In this document: in pieces, positions 28,892 through 39,776 of the stretch | Position numbering within the stretch: position 1 is the first letter of the stretch | Layout: each line of letters begins with the position of its first letter | DNA from: an uncultured Woeseiaceae bacterium | GTDB taxonomy: Bacteria > Pseudomonadota > Gammaproteobacteria > Steroidobacterales > Woeseiaceae | DNA: 64,000 nucleotides | Direction: 5' to 3' | NCBI GenBank assembly: GCA_902512585.1 | Contig: CABXJW010000001.1 | Span: forward strand, 8,300-72,299 | Notes under the pieces: generated by a model | Told to the model about the DNA's origin: nothing | The model's input: the letters and a program-made list of their open reading frames with translations, nothing else | Database searches by the model: none | Translations under genes and position numbers: made by a program

Positions 28892-30769
28892 ATGTCAGAA
28901 AATAGATACATAAAAGATCATGCTCATGAAAAATCACTTTTTATGAGCCGTATTATTATTTCATCATTAGTGGGATTATTTTTCATCTTTGTCATCATAA
29001 TTAGACTAGTTCAGTTGCAAATTGTTGAATATGATTTCTTCAATCAAAAAGCCCAAGGTAATAGGATTAATCTGAAGGCAACTCTTCCACCTAGAGGCTC
29101 CATATTTGATCGTAATGGCAAGGTATTAGCTGAAAATATTACAGCCTTCCAACTTGAAATTATACCTGAGCAAGTTGAGGATCTTGATCGTAGTTTAGAA
29201 AGACTCTTATCATTGAAATTAATTGACCAAAGCCAAATTAAGGCTATCAAACAACAAATTAAAAATAGCCAAAAATTCAAATCTATTAGATTAAGATCCA
29301 ATCTAAGTGATCAAGAAATTGCTATTTTTGCAGCAAATCGTGCAACTTTCTCAGGGATTGAATTACAACCTCGCTTGGTGAGAAATTATCCACAAAAAGA
29401 ATTTACATCACATGTGGTCGGTTATGTTGGATCAATAAGTAAACAAGATCAGTCTAGGCTGAATCGGTCACTTTATGACCCAAACGAAAAAACCGGAAAA
29501 ACTGGCACTGAATTATTTAATGAAATAACTCTTCATGGTGAACCAGGTTATTATCAATTTATTGCAAACTCGCGTGGGAGGCAAATCCCTATTAATCCAA
29601 CAGATATAAATTCTAATATACTACAAAATAAGCCTGCCACAGCTGGTTCAAATATTTTTTTATCAATAGATCTCGATCTCCAGATACTCGCAACTCAGCT
29701 TCTCGATAATAGAAGAGGTTCAGTAGTAGCGATAAACCCAAATAATGGAGAAGTGCTCGCGCTGGTTAGCTCTCCCAGCTTTAACCCTAATATATTTAAT
29801 AATAATTTAACTTCAAATGCATATGATGAACTGCAAAAAAATACAAATCAGCCTTTATTTAATCGAGCGGTATTAGGTACATATTCACCTGGTTCGACCA
29901 TCAAACCGATTCTTGGGTTAGCTGCTTTGCAATTGGGTGTTGTCAATCTGACACATCGTCGTCTATGCAAAGGTCATTATAGTCTCCCAGGAAATACTCA
30001 CCGTTACCGTGATTGGTTAGCCACTGGACATGGCTCTGTTAATTTACATAACGCTATAGCCCAATCATGTGATGTATTCTTCTACGAAATTAGTGGGCAA
30101 ATTGGCATTGATAGAATGCATAATTACCTTGATCAGTTTGGATTAGGTCAGAAAACTAATATCGAGCTAACAGGTGAACGAGTTGGTTTAATTCCATCAA
30201 CGTTATGGAAAAAAACAAATTTCAGTAAAAATGAAGACAAAACATGGTTTCCTGGAGAAACAGTAATTGCCTCAATAGGTCAAGGATACATGCTTGCAAC
30301 ACCCCTTCAACTTGCCAATGCGACAGCAGCACTTGCAACTCGGGGTAAACGCTTTAAACCAACATTATTGTCGGCTATAGAAGATCCTTTAAGTAAGATA
30401 AAAATTAAGAGCGAGCCTCAACAATTAAATCAAATTAAAGTTGACTCAGTGACTTACTGGGAGGAAATAATCTCCGCAATGCATAATGTTATGCAAGGAT
30501 CGGGTACAGCAAAAAATGTTGGTACCGGTGCTTCATACAAAATGGCAGGAAAAAGTGGGACTGTGCAAGTTGTTTCTGTCGGTCAAGAAGAAGAATATGA
30601 CCAAGAAAATCTTGATGAAAGATTTCAAGATCATGCTTTGTTTGTAGCATTTGCTCCTCTTCATAATCCACAGATTGCAGTTGCTGTAATTGTTGAAAAT
30701 GGTAACAGTGGTAGCAGAGTAGCAGCACCAATTGCAAAACGAATTATGGATCAATATCTTGGTTTTTGA
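28892..30769 (+). CDS. mrdA: Penicillin-binding protein 2 (elongasome transpeptidase)
   Basis: 625 aa. N-terminal TM, SxxK (SPGSTIKP), and KTG-like motif (GKSGT). Confidence 0.9.
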   Translation: MSENRYIKDHAHEKSLFMSRIIISSLVGLFFIFVIIIRLVQLQIVEYDFFNQKAQGNRINLKATLPPRGSIFDRNGKVLAENITAFQLEIIPEQVEDLDRSLERLLSLKLIDQSQIKAIKQQIKNSQKFKSIRLRSNLSDQEIAIFAANRATFSGIELQPRLVRNYPQKEFTSHVVGYVGSISKQDQSRLNRSLYDPNEKTGKTGTELFNEITLHGEPGYYQFIANSRGRQIPINPTDINSNILQNKPATAGSNIFLSIDLDLQILATQLLDNRRGSVVAINPNNGEVLALVSSPSFNPNIFNNNLTSNAYDELQKNTNQPLFNRAVLGTYSPGSTIKPILGLAALQLGVVNLTHRRLCKGHYSLPGNTHRYRDWLATGHGSVNLHNAIAQSCDVFFYEISGQIGIDRMHNYLDQFGLGQKTNIELTGERVGLIPSTLWKKTNFSKNEDKTWFPGETVIASIGQGYMLATPLQLANATAALATRGKRFKPTLLSAIEDPLSKIKIKSEPQQLNQIKVDSVTYWEEIISAMHNVMQGSGTAKNVGTGASYKMAGKSGTVQVVSVGQEEEYDQENLDERFQDHALFVAFAPLHNPQIAVAVIVENGNSGSRVAAPIAKRIMDQYLGF

Positions 30770-30788
30770 ATTATAACAATGGGTCAAT

Positions 30789-31919
30789 ATGATAAGTAAT
30801 TCTAAAAATATGTTTGAATTCAGAAGTAAAGGTAGTGGTGCATTTTTAATGCAGTTACTTAAACTTGATGGACCATTATTATTTCTAATTTCATTGATTA
30901 GTTTAATTGGTGTATTTGTTCTATATAGCGCTTCAAATGAAAGCTTAGAAGTGCTGAGCCGTCAATTATTAAGAATACTAATTGCATTCACGGCTTTAAT
31001 AATTACCTCACAACTATCAATAGATTTTATTAGGCGAATATCACCGTGGGGATTTTTTAGTGGTCTACTTTTATTGCTCTTAGTTCTTTTTTCGGGTGAT
31101 ATAGGTCAAGGCGCTCAAAGATGGTTAAATTTAGGAGTGCGCTTTCAGCCCTCAGAAGTTATGAAGCTGGCGGTACCTATGATGGTCGCGTGGTATCTCT
31201 ATGATAAGAAAATACCACCCACTGGCAAACAGATGTTGATTATATTTATTTTGATACTAATGCCCAGCTTCCTGATTGCTAAACAACCAGATTTGGGCAC
31301 ATCTATATTGGTCTTTACTGCTGGCATGCTAGTAGTGTTTCTTTCAGGCATTCATTTTCGTTATATAATTATTCTCATTTTTTTGGCTTTTCCATCCTCA
31401 CTTCTTTTGTGGAAATTTATGGCAGAATATCAGAAGCAGCGAGTAATGACTCTGTTAAACCCAGGTAGCGACCCACTTGGTGCCGGTTATAATATCATTC
31501 AATCTAAGATTGCTATTGGATCAGGTGGTCTATTTGGCAAAGGCTGGACAAATGGTAGTCAAGTGCAATTGGAATTCTTACCAGAAAAGAGTACAGATTT
31601 TATCTTTGCCGTAATCGGTGAAGAATTTGGCTTGTTGGGCTTGCTGACTATTTTGTTAATCTATATTCTGATAATTGCTCGAGGCCTGTTCATTGCTTCG
31701 CAAGCAACAGATTTATATTCGCGATTACTGGCAGGTAGTATAAGTTTAACTTTTTTTGTATATGTTTTTGTTAACGCAGCAATGGTAATTGGGCTAATGC
31801 CTATCGTTGGAGTTCCTTTACCTTTAATAAGCTATGGAGGCACTTCTATGGTGACGTTAATGATTGGATTCGGTATTCTTATGTCTATCAATTCAAATAG
31901 AAAATTATTGTCTACTTAG
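30789..31919 (+). CDS. rodA: SEDS-family peptidoglycan polymerase RodA
   Basis: Polytopic. QPSEVMKL, FLPEKSTDFIFA and PLPLISYGGTS motifs. Confidence 0.9.
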   Translation: MISNSKNMFEFRSKGSGAFLMQLLKLDGPLLFLISLISLIGVFVLYSASNESLEVLSRQLLRILIAFTALIITSQLSIDFIRRISPWGFFSGLLLLLLVLFSGDIGQGAQRWLNLGVRFQPSEVMKLAVPMMVAWYLYDKKIPPTGKQMLIIFILILMPSFLIAKQPDLGTSILVFTAGMLVVFLSGIHFRYIIILIFLAFPSSLLLWKFMAEYQKQRVMTLLNPGSDPLGAGYNIIQSKIAIGSGGLFGKGWTNGSQVQLEFLPEKSTDFIFAVIGEEFGLLGLLTILLIYILIIARGLFIASQATDLYSRLLAGSISLTFFVYVFVNAAMVIGLMPIVGVPLPLISYGGTSMVTLMIGFGILMSINSNRKLLST

Positions 31920-32918
31920 ATGGAACGCTACATGAAATATAAAATCAACCTAACTATCTTATTATTTCTACTCACAAACACTTCATGGTCACACGATATA
32001 CAGAGAGAGAACATCCAAAACTTCATCTCTAATATGGTAGTAAAACATAATTTCACTTATGAAGAAGTTTCAACCATGCTATCTAGAGCGGAATCTAAAG
32101 AAAAGATACTAGAAGCCATTAGCCGCCCGGCGGAAAAAAGACTTACATGGAATCAATATCGTAATATTTTTATAAAAAAAGAACGTATTGATGCAGGTGT
32201 TAATTTCTGGTTAGAACATGAAGAAATTTTGAATAAAATAAGTCGAGAGACTGGCGTAACCATAGAGATCTTGGTTGGTATTATTGGTGTTGAGACTTAT
32301 TACGGACGAATAACAGGTGGTTATCGTGTCATAGATGCTCTTTCGACTCTTGCATTTGATTATCCGAAAAGATCACCATTTTTCACTAAAGAATTAGAGG
32401 CTTTTTTACTTCTTACAAGAGAAGAGGATATGGACCCATTTGATGCCACGGGTTCTTACGCTGGAGCAATGGGCTCACCTCAATTCATGCCAAGCAGTTA
32501 CAGGGCATATGCTGTTGATGCCAGTGGTGATAACAAACGTGATATCTGGAATAATTGGTCAGACGTTATTGGGAGTGTAGCTAATTATTTTGTGCGACAT
32601 GGTTGGCAACAAGGAAAAGAAATAATTGTCCCAGCAAACTTAGAATCACTGAGTGAACTGCCTGTAATCAAAACCGACCTTAAGGCTACCGAAACTGTAC
32701 TTCAACTCCGAGAGGCTGGTATTAAATTCAGTACCGCAATGAATGATGATCATCCAAGTAAATTATTGTTTCTGGAACAAGAAGATGCTCATGATTACTG
32801 GGTTGGATTTCATAATTTTTTTGTGATCACTAGATACAATCACAGCACTATGTATGCTCTAGCAGTTCATCAGTTAGGTCAGGAAATTTCAGCTGAGATA
32901 GTTAACGCCAATGAATAA
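31920..32918 (+). CDS. mltB: Lytic murein transglycosylase B
   Basis: GIIGVETYYGR and GAMGSPQFMPSSY motifs. Signal peptide. Starts directly after the rodA stop. Confidence 0.85.
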   Translation: MERYMKYKINLTILLFLLTNTSWSHDIQRENIQNFISNMVVKHNFTYEEVSTMLSRAESKEKILEAISRPAEKRLTWNQYRNIFIKKERIDAGVNFWLEHEEILNKISRETGVTIEILVGIIGVETYYGRITGGYRVIDALSTLAFDYPKRSPFFTKELEAFLLLTREEDMDPFDATGSYAGAMGSPQFMPSSYRAYAVDASGDNKRDIWNNWSDVIGSVANYFVRHGWQQGKEIIVPANLESLSELPVIKTDLKATETVLQLREAGIKFSTAMNDDHPSKLLFLEQEDAHDYWVGFHNFFVITRYNHSTMYALAVHQLGQEISAEIVNANE

Positions 32919-33699
32919 TTTTCTTAAAAGATTTATTGTTCTTGCACTCTCAATTGTATTAGCTTCATGTATCTCTAACTTCTTTGGTGATGGACCTCCA
33001 AGAATAATTAAAAAAGCCCCCACCAAAGATGCTATTCCAAGATCCGAACCACCAAGTCAATATGGAAATGGAGATAAAAATGGTTATTATGAAGTACGAG
33101 GAAAACGTTATAAAGTTATGCCATCAGCTGGTAATTATTCAGCTACTGGAATAGCTTCCTGGTATGGAACAAAGTTTCATGGAAGATATACATCAAATCG
33201 TGAAATTTATAATATCTATGCTATGACCGCTGCTCATAAATCACTCCCTTTACCAACTTATCTTGAAGTGACCAATTTAGAAAACAATAAAAAAGTTATT
33301 GTTAGGGTTAATGATCGAGGGCCTTTTGTTGATGATCGCTTGATAGATCTTTCTTATGCCGCTGCCCTCAAACTAGATGTAGTAAAAAATGGTACAGCTA
33401 AAGTTAAGGTTAAAACTGTAACAGAAAAAAACTATAACCAAAATGAGGTAATAAACAGTATTAGCTTCATACAAATTGGTGTCTTTGAGGAAAGGAAGAA
33501 TGCATATGATTATTTAAAACTACTTAAGAATAATCAGTTCAACACCGCTCAAGTAAGGAGAGAATTCCATTGGTTGAAGCCTCTATCACCGACTTATAAA
33601 GTTCAAATAGGTCCAGTTCAGAACAAAAAACACCATAATGAGTTATTATCTAAATTACGTAAAATTGGTGTCTATCAAACTAAAGTTGTCACAAATTAA
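32911..33699 (+). CDS. rlpA: Septal-ring lytic transglycosylase RlpA (DPBB domain plus C-terminal SPOR domain), lipoprotein
   Basis: Lipobox VLASC. GIASWYGTKFHGRYTSNREIY...VRVNDRGPF DPBB motif. SPOR-like C-terminus (IQIGVF...YKVQIGP). Overlaps mltB by 8 nt. Confidence 0.85.
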   Translation: MNNFLKRFIVLALSIVLASCISNFFGDGPPRIIKKAPTKDAIPRSEPPSQYGNGDKNGYYEVRGKRYKVMPSAGNYSATGIASWYGTKFHGRYTSNREIYNIYAMTAAHKSLPLPTYLEVTNLENNKKVIVRVNDRGPFVDDRLIDLSYAAALKLDVVKNGTAKVKVKTVTEKNYNQNEVINSISFIQIGVFEERKNAYDYLKLLKNNQFNTAQVRREFHWLKPLSPTYKVQIGPVQNKKHHNELLSKLRKIGVYQTKVVTN

Positions 33700-33725
33700 T
33701 CTAATAAATTTCTAAAGGTATAAAA

Positions 33726-34877
33726 ATGGTTCGAAAATTAATCACAACGTTATTTCCAATAATTATATTGAACATAATTCTTGGAACAGCTGCATCAGCC
33801 CAAACACCAAATATACCTGCACCTCCGATTATTGGCGCTAAAAGTTATTTAATAGTAGATGCGACAACTAACTATGAGATTGGATCACTAGATCCAGATC
33901 TAAAATTACCACCTGCAAGCATCACAAAACTTATGACTGCGTATGTCACTTTCCAAGCAATTAAGAATAAGCAAATCTTTTTAGAAGATCTCGTCACTAT
34001 AAGTGAAAAAGCATGGCGAATGGAAGGCTCGAGAATGTTTATAGAAGTTGGTAAAAAAGTCTCAGTTCAAGACCTATTGATGGGCATGATCGTGCAATCT
34101 GGAAATGATGCCAGCATTGCTCTGGCTGAGCATGTAGCAAGCTCAGAATTCCTGTTTGTTGATTTGATGAATCAGTCTGCGGCACAGCTTAAAATGACCT
34201 CAACTTCCTTCCAGAATGCCACTGGTCTTCCAGATCAAGATCACTATTCTACCGCTTATGACTTATCTCTCTTGGCCAAAGCAATAATTAACGAATTTCC
34301 TGAGTACTATAAGTGGTACTCAACGAAAGAATTTACATACAATAATATCACACAAAAAAATAGAAATTCTCTGCTGTGGCGAGATCCCAGTGTTGATGGT
34401 ATTAAAACAGGTAGCACAGATGAAGCAGGATATTGTCTAATTTCTTCAGCGGAAAGAAATGGCATGCGTCTTATCTCCGTTGTGATGGGAACAGCTACCC
34501 CTAAAGCGCGTATAAATGGTAGTCAGGCAATGCTCAACTATGGCTTTAGATTCTTTGAAACAAAGAAAATTTTTACAGCTGAAGAAGAAATTATTAATAT
34601 AAAAACATGGAAAACAGCATCAGAGAACTTATCTCTAGGTGTATCAGATGATCTTAAAATAACCTTGCCAAGAGGTAGCTTTGATAAATTGAATAAAGAT
34701 AGTGATGTTCCACTGCAAATCACTGGCCCTATTAACAAGGGTCAATCCATTGGTGAAGTGGCGATTAGGCTTGGTGAGAAAACATTGGTAGTGCAACCTC
34801 TAGTAGCATTAGAGAATAACCCAAATGGCACCTTGTGGCAGCAAGCTAGAGATACGATTCAACTCTGGTTTGAATAA
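33726..34877 (+). CDS. dacA: D-alanyl-D-alanine carboxypeptidase (PBP5/6 family)
   Basis: Signal peptide, PASITKLMT (SxxK), SGND and KTGST motifs. Confidence 0.85.
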   Translation: MVRKLITTLFPIIILNIILGTAASAQTPNIPAPPIIGAKSYLIVDATTNYEIGSLDPDLKLPPASITKLMTAYVTFQAIKNKQIFLEDLVTISEKAWRMEGSRMFIEVGKKVSVQDLLMGMIVQSGNDASIALAEHVASSEFLFVDLMNQSAAQLKMTSTSFQNATGLPDQDHYSTAYDLSLLAKAIINEFPEYYKWYSTKEFTYNNITQKNRNSLLWRDPSVDGIKTGSTDEAGYCLISSAERNGMRLISVVMGTATPKARINGSQAMLNYGFRFFETKKIFTAEEEIINIKTWKTASENLSLGVSDDLKITLPRGSFDKLNKDSDVPLQITGPINKGQSIGEVAIRLGEKTLVVQPLVALENNPNGTLWQQARDTIQLWFE

Positions 34878-34885
34878 TCCTATCA

Positions 34886-35161
34886 ATGAAAAAAATCGAC
34901 CGATCAGATCCTCTAATTACTTTTCCATGCCATTTTCCAATAAAAGTTATTGGTGATGATGTGCAAGATTTTTATCATGCTACTGAGAGCATATTGAATA
35001 AACATAATCAAAAATTTCATCCTGAAAATCTGAAAAAAAACTCTAGCCAGAAAGGTAACTATATTGCTCTTACCATCAATTTAAAAGTTGATAGTCAAAA
35101 ACAATTAGATGCTATATATAAAGACTTCTCTGGTAATGATCACTTTAAGTTTGTCCTATGA
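34886..35161 (+). CDS. ybeD: YbeD-family protein (DUF493)
   Basis: 91 aa. FPCHFPIKVIG motif. Conserved position between dacA and lipB. Confidence 0.8.
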   Translation: MKKIDRSDPLITFPCHFPIKVIGDDVQDFYHATESILNKHNQKFHPENLKKNSSQKGNYIALTINLKVDSQKQLDAIYKDFSGNDHFKFVL

Positions 35162-35814
35162 CACTCAAAGAGAATCAGTTAAAAAATTATAATTTAGATG
35201 TACGTGACCTAGGTATCACTGAGTATGATTCTGTATGGTCAAAAATGAAAAATTACTCTAGAACTCGAAATACTCATAGTAGTGATCTAATTTGGTTTAC
35301 TGAGCATCACGCTATTTATACTTTGGGGCAAAATGGAAAAGATGAACACATCATCAATCCCGGAAAAATAAAAATTCTAAAAGTAGATCGTGGGGGACAA
35401 GTTACCTATCACGGCCCAGGACAAATCATGATGTATATTCTTATGGATATTAAGAGAATAGAATTAAACATACGGCAATTAATATCCGTACTGGAAGAGT
35501 CCATCATTAATTTATTATCAGAATACAATGTGAAGGCACATCGTAAAGAAAATGCACCTGGAGTTTATGTAAACTCTAAAAAGATAGCAAGTATTGGGCT
35601 ACGTATCACCAGAGGATGCAGCTATCACGGACTTGCATTAAATCATAATACTGATTTGAAGCCATTTACTGGTATAAATACATGTGGTTATAAAAATTTA
35701 GATATTATAAATATCAGTGACTTAGGTATCGATGAAAATAAAAGCACCATTCAAATAAAATTAGAGTATTATTTTAAAAAAAATATTTTCGATATAAAAA
35801 ACTACTCAGCTTAA
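35158..35814 (+). CDS. lipB: Octanoyltransferase
   Basis: VDRGGQVTYHGPGQ and KKIASIGLRI motifs. ATGA overlap with ybeD. Confidence 0.9.
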   Translation: MTLKENQLKNYNLDVRDLGITEYDSVWSKMKNYSRTRNTHSSDLIWFTEHHAIYTLGQNGKDEHIINPGKIKILKVDRGGQVTYHGPGQIMMYILMDIKRIELNIRQLISVLEESIINLLSEYNVKAHRKENAPGVYVNSKKIASIGLRITRGCSYHGLALNHNTDLKPFTGINTCGYKNLDIINISDLGIDENKSTIQIKLEYYFKKNIFDIKNYSA

Positions 35815-35821
35815 TAAACCT

Positions 35822-36478
35822 CTATACATGCCCGTTTAGCTCCTCAAGTCTTTCGGGAGTTCCAATATCATACCAAGATCCATTATGAAGACTTCCAGAT
35901 AAAGATTTCTTATCAATCTGGTCAAATAGGAGAGGGACAATTGAAAATCTTCTAATACTTTGATTGGAAAATAACTTTGGATCATAAACAGCCATACCGG
36001 TGAATGTATATGGCAGAGACCCTTCTCTCTGAATTAAATTATCCCTGAGATTAAAGTCACCAGATAATCTATATTTAGGATTTTTAACCAGTACTAAATG
36101 CCCAAGAATATTGGGTTTCAAATCAATTATAGGTAATTCATAGTCAGTATAAATATCTGCATTTATAACCCAAAATGGCTCTTTACCTAACATAGGCAAT
36201 GCACGAACAATCCCGCCTCCAGTCTCTAATATTTGATTCTCCTCAGGACTGTATATTACTTTTATACCAAATTTTTCACCAGATCCGACATAATCAATTA
36301 CTTGACTACCTAACCAACCAAGATTAATTATCACTTTTGTTATACCAGCTTGGATTAACATCCTAAAGTGTCTTTCCAGGAGTGTCTCTCCGCCAACTTT
36401 TACAAGTGATTTAGGTGTTTTATCTGTGATTGGTCTTAACCGTTCTCCTTTTCCAGCAGCTAGGATCATCGCCATCAT
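35822..36478 (-). CDS. murU: Nucleotidyltransferase, MurNAc-alpha-1-phosphate uridylyltransferase-like
   Basis: MILAAGKGERLRPITDKTPK sugar-nucleotidyltransferase motif. Sits directly downstream of an APH-fold kinase and next to lptD, as in pseudomonads. Confidence 0.75.
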   Translation of the reverse strand: MMAMILAAGKGERLRPITDKTPKSLVKVGGETLLERHFRMLIQAGITKVIINLGWLGSQVIDYVGSGEKFGIKVIYSPEENQILETGGGIVRALPMLGKEPFWVINADIYTDYELPIIDLKPNILGHLVLVKNPKYRLSGDFNLRDNLIQREGSLPYTFTGMAVYDPKLFSNQSIRRFSIVPLLFDQIDKKSLSGSLHNGSWYDIGTPERLEELNGHV

Positions 36479-37480
36479 TTACTGGTCACCGTAATCTAGG
36501 CATTGATCGGCTACAAAGTCAGTTAAAAATGATAACTCTGGATATTTGATTGAAACTTTATAAAGATAATTTAATGTTCGAGGAATATCTTTAAGATAAT
36601 TATTCTTAGCATCACGATGCATCAAACGGGAAAAAATGCCTACTGCTTTTAGATGTCTTTGAATTCCCATTAAATCAAAAAATTTAATGAAAGATTGTTT
36701 AGTTATATTTTCCCTTATTGAAAAATCAATCTTTGAATAGAAATCTAATACGAGATCATTTAGAAGGTTATCTGATAATGATATATAGCAATCCCTGAGT
36801 AGTGAAACTAAATCATATGTAATAGGTCCAATTACAGCGTCCTGATAATCCAAAATACCTGGATTATTATTCTGAGAATAGATTAGATTCCTAGAATGGT
36901 AATCACGATGTACGAGGACTTGTGGTTGATTTAACGCATTAGTTGCCAGTATTTGAGTGCAAGCTTCCCATTGCGAGAGCTCTTTTTTTGTAAATATATA
37001 TTTAAGCTCTTTGGTGCAAAACCAATCAACGAATAGATTCATTTCTTCTGATAGAAGAGAGTGATTATAACTCGGGAATTCTCTTACTATTTTACTTCCA
37101 TTTACTTGTAGTTTTAACAATTCAGATAAAGCATCATTATACAGATTAATTTGCATTCCCTGATCATCTAAAATGCAATCTAAATAATGCTGTGAACCCA
37201 AATCTGTTAGTACAAAAAAACCATCATTATAGTTCGCCTCTATGATTTCCGGACAATTAAGTCCCATTCGTTGAAATAATTCTGAGTATCTAACAAATCT
37301 ATGGTTATCCTCTTTTAATGGAGGGGCATCCATAACAATATATGATAATTCTCCATTCCAAACTCGGTAATATCGCCGAAAACTAGCATCTGAAGAAGCT
37401 TCCTGAATATTTGCATACGATGCATCTGGCAATTCCTCAAGCCAATTCAAAAGTAACTTAAAACGTTCATTCTGTTTCAT
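36479..37480 (-). CDS. amgK: Aminoglycoside-phosphotransferase-fold kinase, anomeric MurNAc/GlcNAc kinase-like
   Basis: APH-family catalytic loop VHRDYHSRNL and DYQDA. Synteny amgK-murU divergent from lptD. Confidence 0.7.
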   Translation of the reverse strand: MKQNERFKLLLNWLEELPDASYANIQEASSDASFRRYYRVWNGELSYIVMDAPPLKEDNHRFVRYSELFQRMGLNCPEIIEANYNDGFFVLTDLGSQHYLDCILDDQGMQINLYNDALSELLKLQVNGSKIVREFPSYNHSLLSEEMNLFVDWFCTKELKYIFTKKELSQWEACTQILATNALNQPQVLVHRDYHSRNLIYSQNNNPGILDYQDAVIGPITYDLVSLLRDCYISLSDNLLNDLVLDFYSKIDFSIRENITKQSFIKFFDLMGIQRHLKAVGIFSRLMHRDAKNNYLKDIPRTLNYLYKVSIKYPELSFLTDFVADQCLDYGDQ

Positions 37481-37589
37481 CTGTATATAAATAATTTTTT
37501 ACCCTTATTTGATAAAATTCAATAGAATGTAACTAGTAAATAATAGATTTACTTAATTTCACTGCTTATCTTATACGGATATTATATTT

Positions 37590-39776
37590 TTGTTTAAATT
37601 TTTCTTTCAATTTTTAACCATATTATTGGCTCTCTTTTCTCTGAGTGCTTATGCAGGGCAGGATAATTTCTGTGATATGCCTGTATCAAAAACATATACT
37701 CCCTTTATTGATAAATCCATAAATTTTGAAGCCGATAATATTTTCTTAGACCTAAACTCAGATCTTTCAACGAGTTTAGAGGGAAATGTATTAATAAAGG
37801 ATAGTAAAAATATAACCAGTGCTAATCGAGCCAAATATGATCCAAGTAGTGAATCACTTAATTTGGATGGTGAGGTTAATTTTTCGAATGATAATTTATC
37901 AATCATTAGTCAGTCTGCTTTATTTTCATATTCAAATGGTGAGATTATTTTTGATGAAGCACAGTTCATATTTGACAATAATACTGCAAGAGGAAATGCT
38001 GAACTTATAGAAATACAAGACAAGGGCATTTTAAATCTAATTAATGTGAATTACACAACTTGCCCAGTAGGATCAAATGATTGGATCCTCGAGGCACAAA
38101 ATATAATCTTAAATACCGATACAGGATCAGCAAAAGCAGAAAAAGTTGTTTTAAGTTTTAAAGACATTCCCATTGTTTATTTACCGAAAATATCATTTCC
38201 TCTGGATAATAATAGGAAATCTGGATTCCTTGCTCCTGAAATTGGTGGTGGTGGCAGGAGTGGTAATGAAATTATACTTCCATGGTATTGGAATATTGCA
38301 CAAAATTATGACGCTACGATAACTCCGAGGATTCTTACTGGCAGAGGTTTTCAATTGGGTAATGAATTTAGATATCTAACCAATACTAGCAAAGGCTCAA
38401 TGCAAGTTGATTATTTAGCAAATGATAATATTTTTGGTGAATCTAGATATCTAGTAGCTCTGGATAATGAAACAAACTTTTCAAATGGGTTACGCGCAAA
38501 AGTTGATTTTGGAAATACCTCTGATGGGAATTATTTTGAAGATTTGGGAGGTAACCTAAGTATGACAAGCATTACTCATCTTAACCAAGAGTTATCATTT
38601 GATGCTTATGGTCAGTATTGGTCATTTCTATCACGTTTCCAAAATTATCAAACTATAGATAAGAGTCTAAGCCTAAATGAGCGCCCTTACCATCGCTTGC
38701 CACAAATAAAATTTAGTGCCTTACTACCATATAACCCATTCGGTGTATCAGCGAGAATTGATAACGAATTTGTTTACTTTGATCGTGAAGTTGGGACTAC
38801 TGGCTGGCGAATTGATACTGAACCTCAAATTGAATGGTCCATCAAAGATGATGGTTGGTATATTAATCCAAAATTATCACTAAAACATACTCAGTATGAA
38901 CTTAAAAATCTTACTACCAATAAAATATCAGATCCTAGTCGAACATTACCTATCGCCAGTCTTGATGCAGGCTTATTTTTTGATCGAAAATTAGGTGATA
39001 GTAATAATTTCACTCAAACATTTGAACCCAGGTTATTATATTTAAATGTTCCATATAGAGATCAAGATGATCTACCAGTTTTTGATACAATTGAACCAGA
39101 TTTAAATTTAGTACAATTATTCCAAAAAAATCGTTTTTTAGGTATTGATAGAATTGCTGATACTGAGCAAATCAGTCTCGGATTTAGCTCTAATATAGTT
39201 AATAATAGCAATGGCAAGCAAATAGTTTCTGCTACTTTGGGTAAATCTTTTTACATGAAGGATCAAAAAGTAAACCTGCCGAATAATAATTTAATTATAA
39301 ACTCAACTTCTGATTTTATCGCAGAATTACGTTTTCTTATATTTGATGACCTCAATTTTAACTTTTCCCATCAATGGAATAACGGTGACTCTGGAGTAAC
39401 TAGTTCGCATGCACGGATTCAATATCGCCCAGGCAATAATAAGATCCTAAACTTCGGTTATCGTTTTCGCGAAGATTTATTGGAACAAGGAAATATCTCA
39501 TGGTCTTGGCCGGTCACTCAAACATGGAATTTTTTAGGTCATGTTAATTACTCCGTTCGAGATAAAAAAATACTCGAACAATTTTATGGCCTAGAATACG
39601 AGAGTTGCTGTTGGGGAGTTCGGATGATATACAGAGAATATGTTTCTACAAGAGATGGGCAAGAGGACACCTCATTTGGCATTCAATTAGTTTTAAAAGG
39701 AATGACCAGTATAGGGACAAAAGCAAATAAACTTTTAGAACGTGGTATCCTAGGTTACTCAAATTACATACAATAA
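37590..39776 (+). CDS. lptD: LPS-assembly outer-membrane protein LptD
   Basis: 728 aa. Signal peptide, OstA-like N-domain, large beta-barrel with aromatic C-terminus, and lptD-surA-pdxA-rsmA-apaG-apaH synteny. TTG start (no in-frame ATG within the signal peptide). Confidence 0.85.
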   Translation: MFKFFFQFLTILLALFSLSAYAGQDNFCDMPVSKTYTPFIDKSINFEADNIFLDLNSDLSTSLEGNVLIKDSKNITSANRAKYDPSSESLNLDGEVNFSNDNLSIISQSALFSYSNGEIIFDEAQFIFDNNTARGNAELIEIQDKGILNLINVNYTTCPVGSNDWILEAQNIILNTDTGSAKAEKVVLSFKDIPIVYLPKISFPLDNNRKSGFLAPEIGGGGRSGNEIILPWYWNIAQNYDATITPRILTGRGFQLGNEFRYLTNTSKGSMQVDYLANDNIFGESRYLVALDNETNFSNGLRAKVDFGNTSDGNYFEDLGGNLSMTSITHLNQELSFDAYGQYWSFLSRFQNYQTIDKSLSLNERPYHRLPQIKFSALLPYNPFGVSARIDNEFVYFDREVGTTGWRIDTEPQIEWSIKDDGWYINPKLSLKHTQYELKNLTTNKISDPSRTLPIASLDAGLFFDRKLGDSNNFTQTFEPRLLYLNVPYRDQDDLPVFDTIEPDLNLVQLFQKNRFLGIDRIADTEQISLGFSSNIVNNSNGKQIVSATLGKSFYMKDQKVNLPNNNLIINSTSDFIAELRFLIFDDLNFNFSHQWNNGDSGVTSSHARIQYRPGNNKILNFGYRFREDLLEQGNISWSWPVTQTWNFLGHVNYSVRDKKILEQFYGLEYESCCWGVRMIYREYVSTRDGQEDTSFGIQLVLKGMTSIGTKANKLLERGILGYSNYIQ

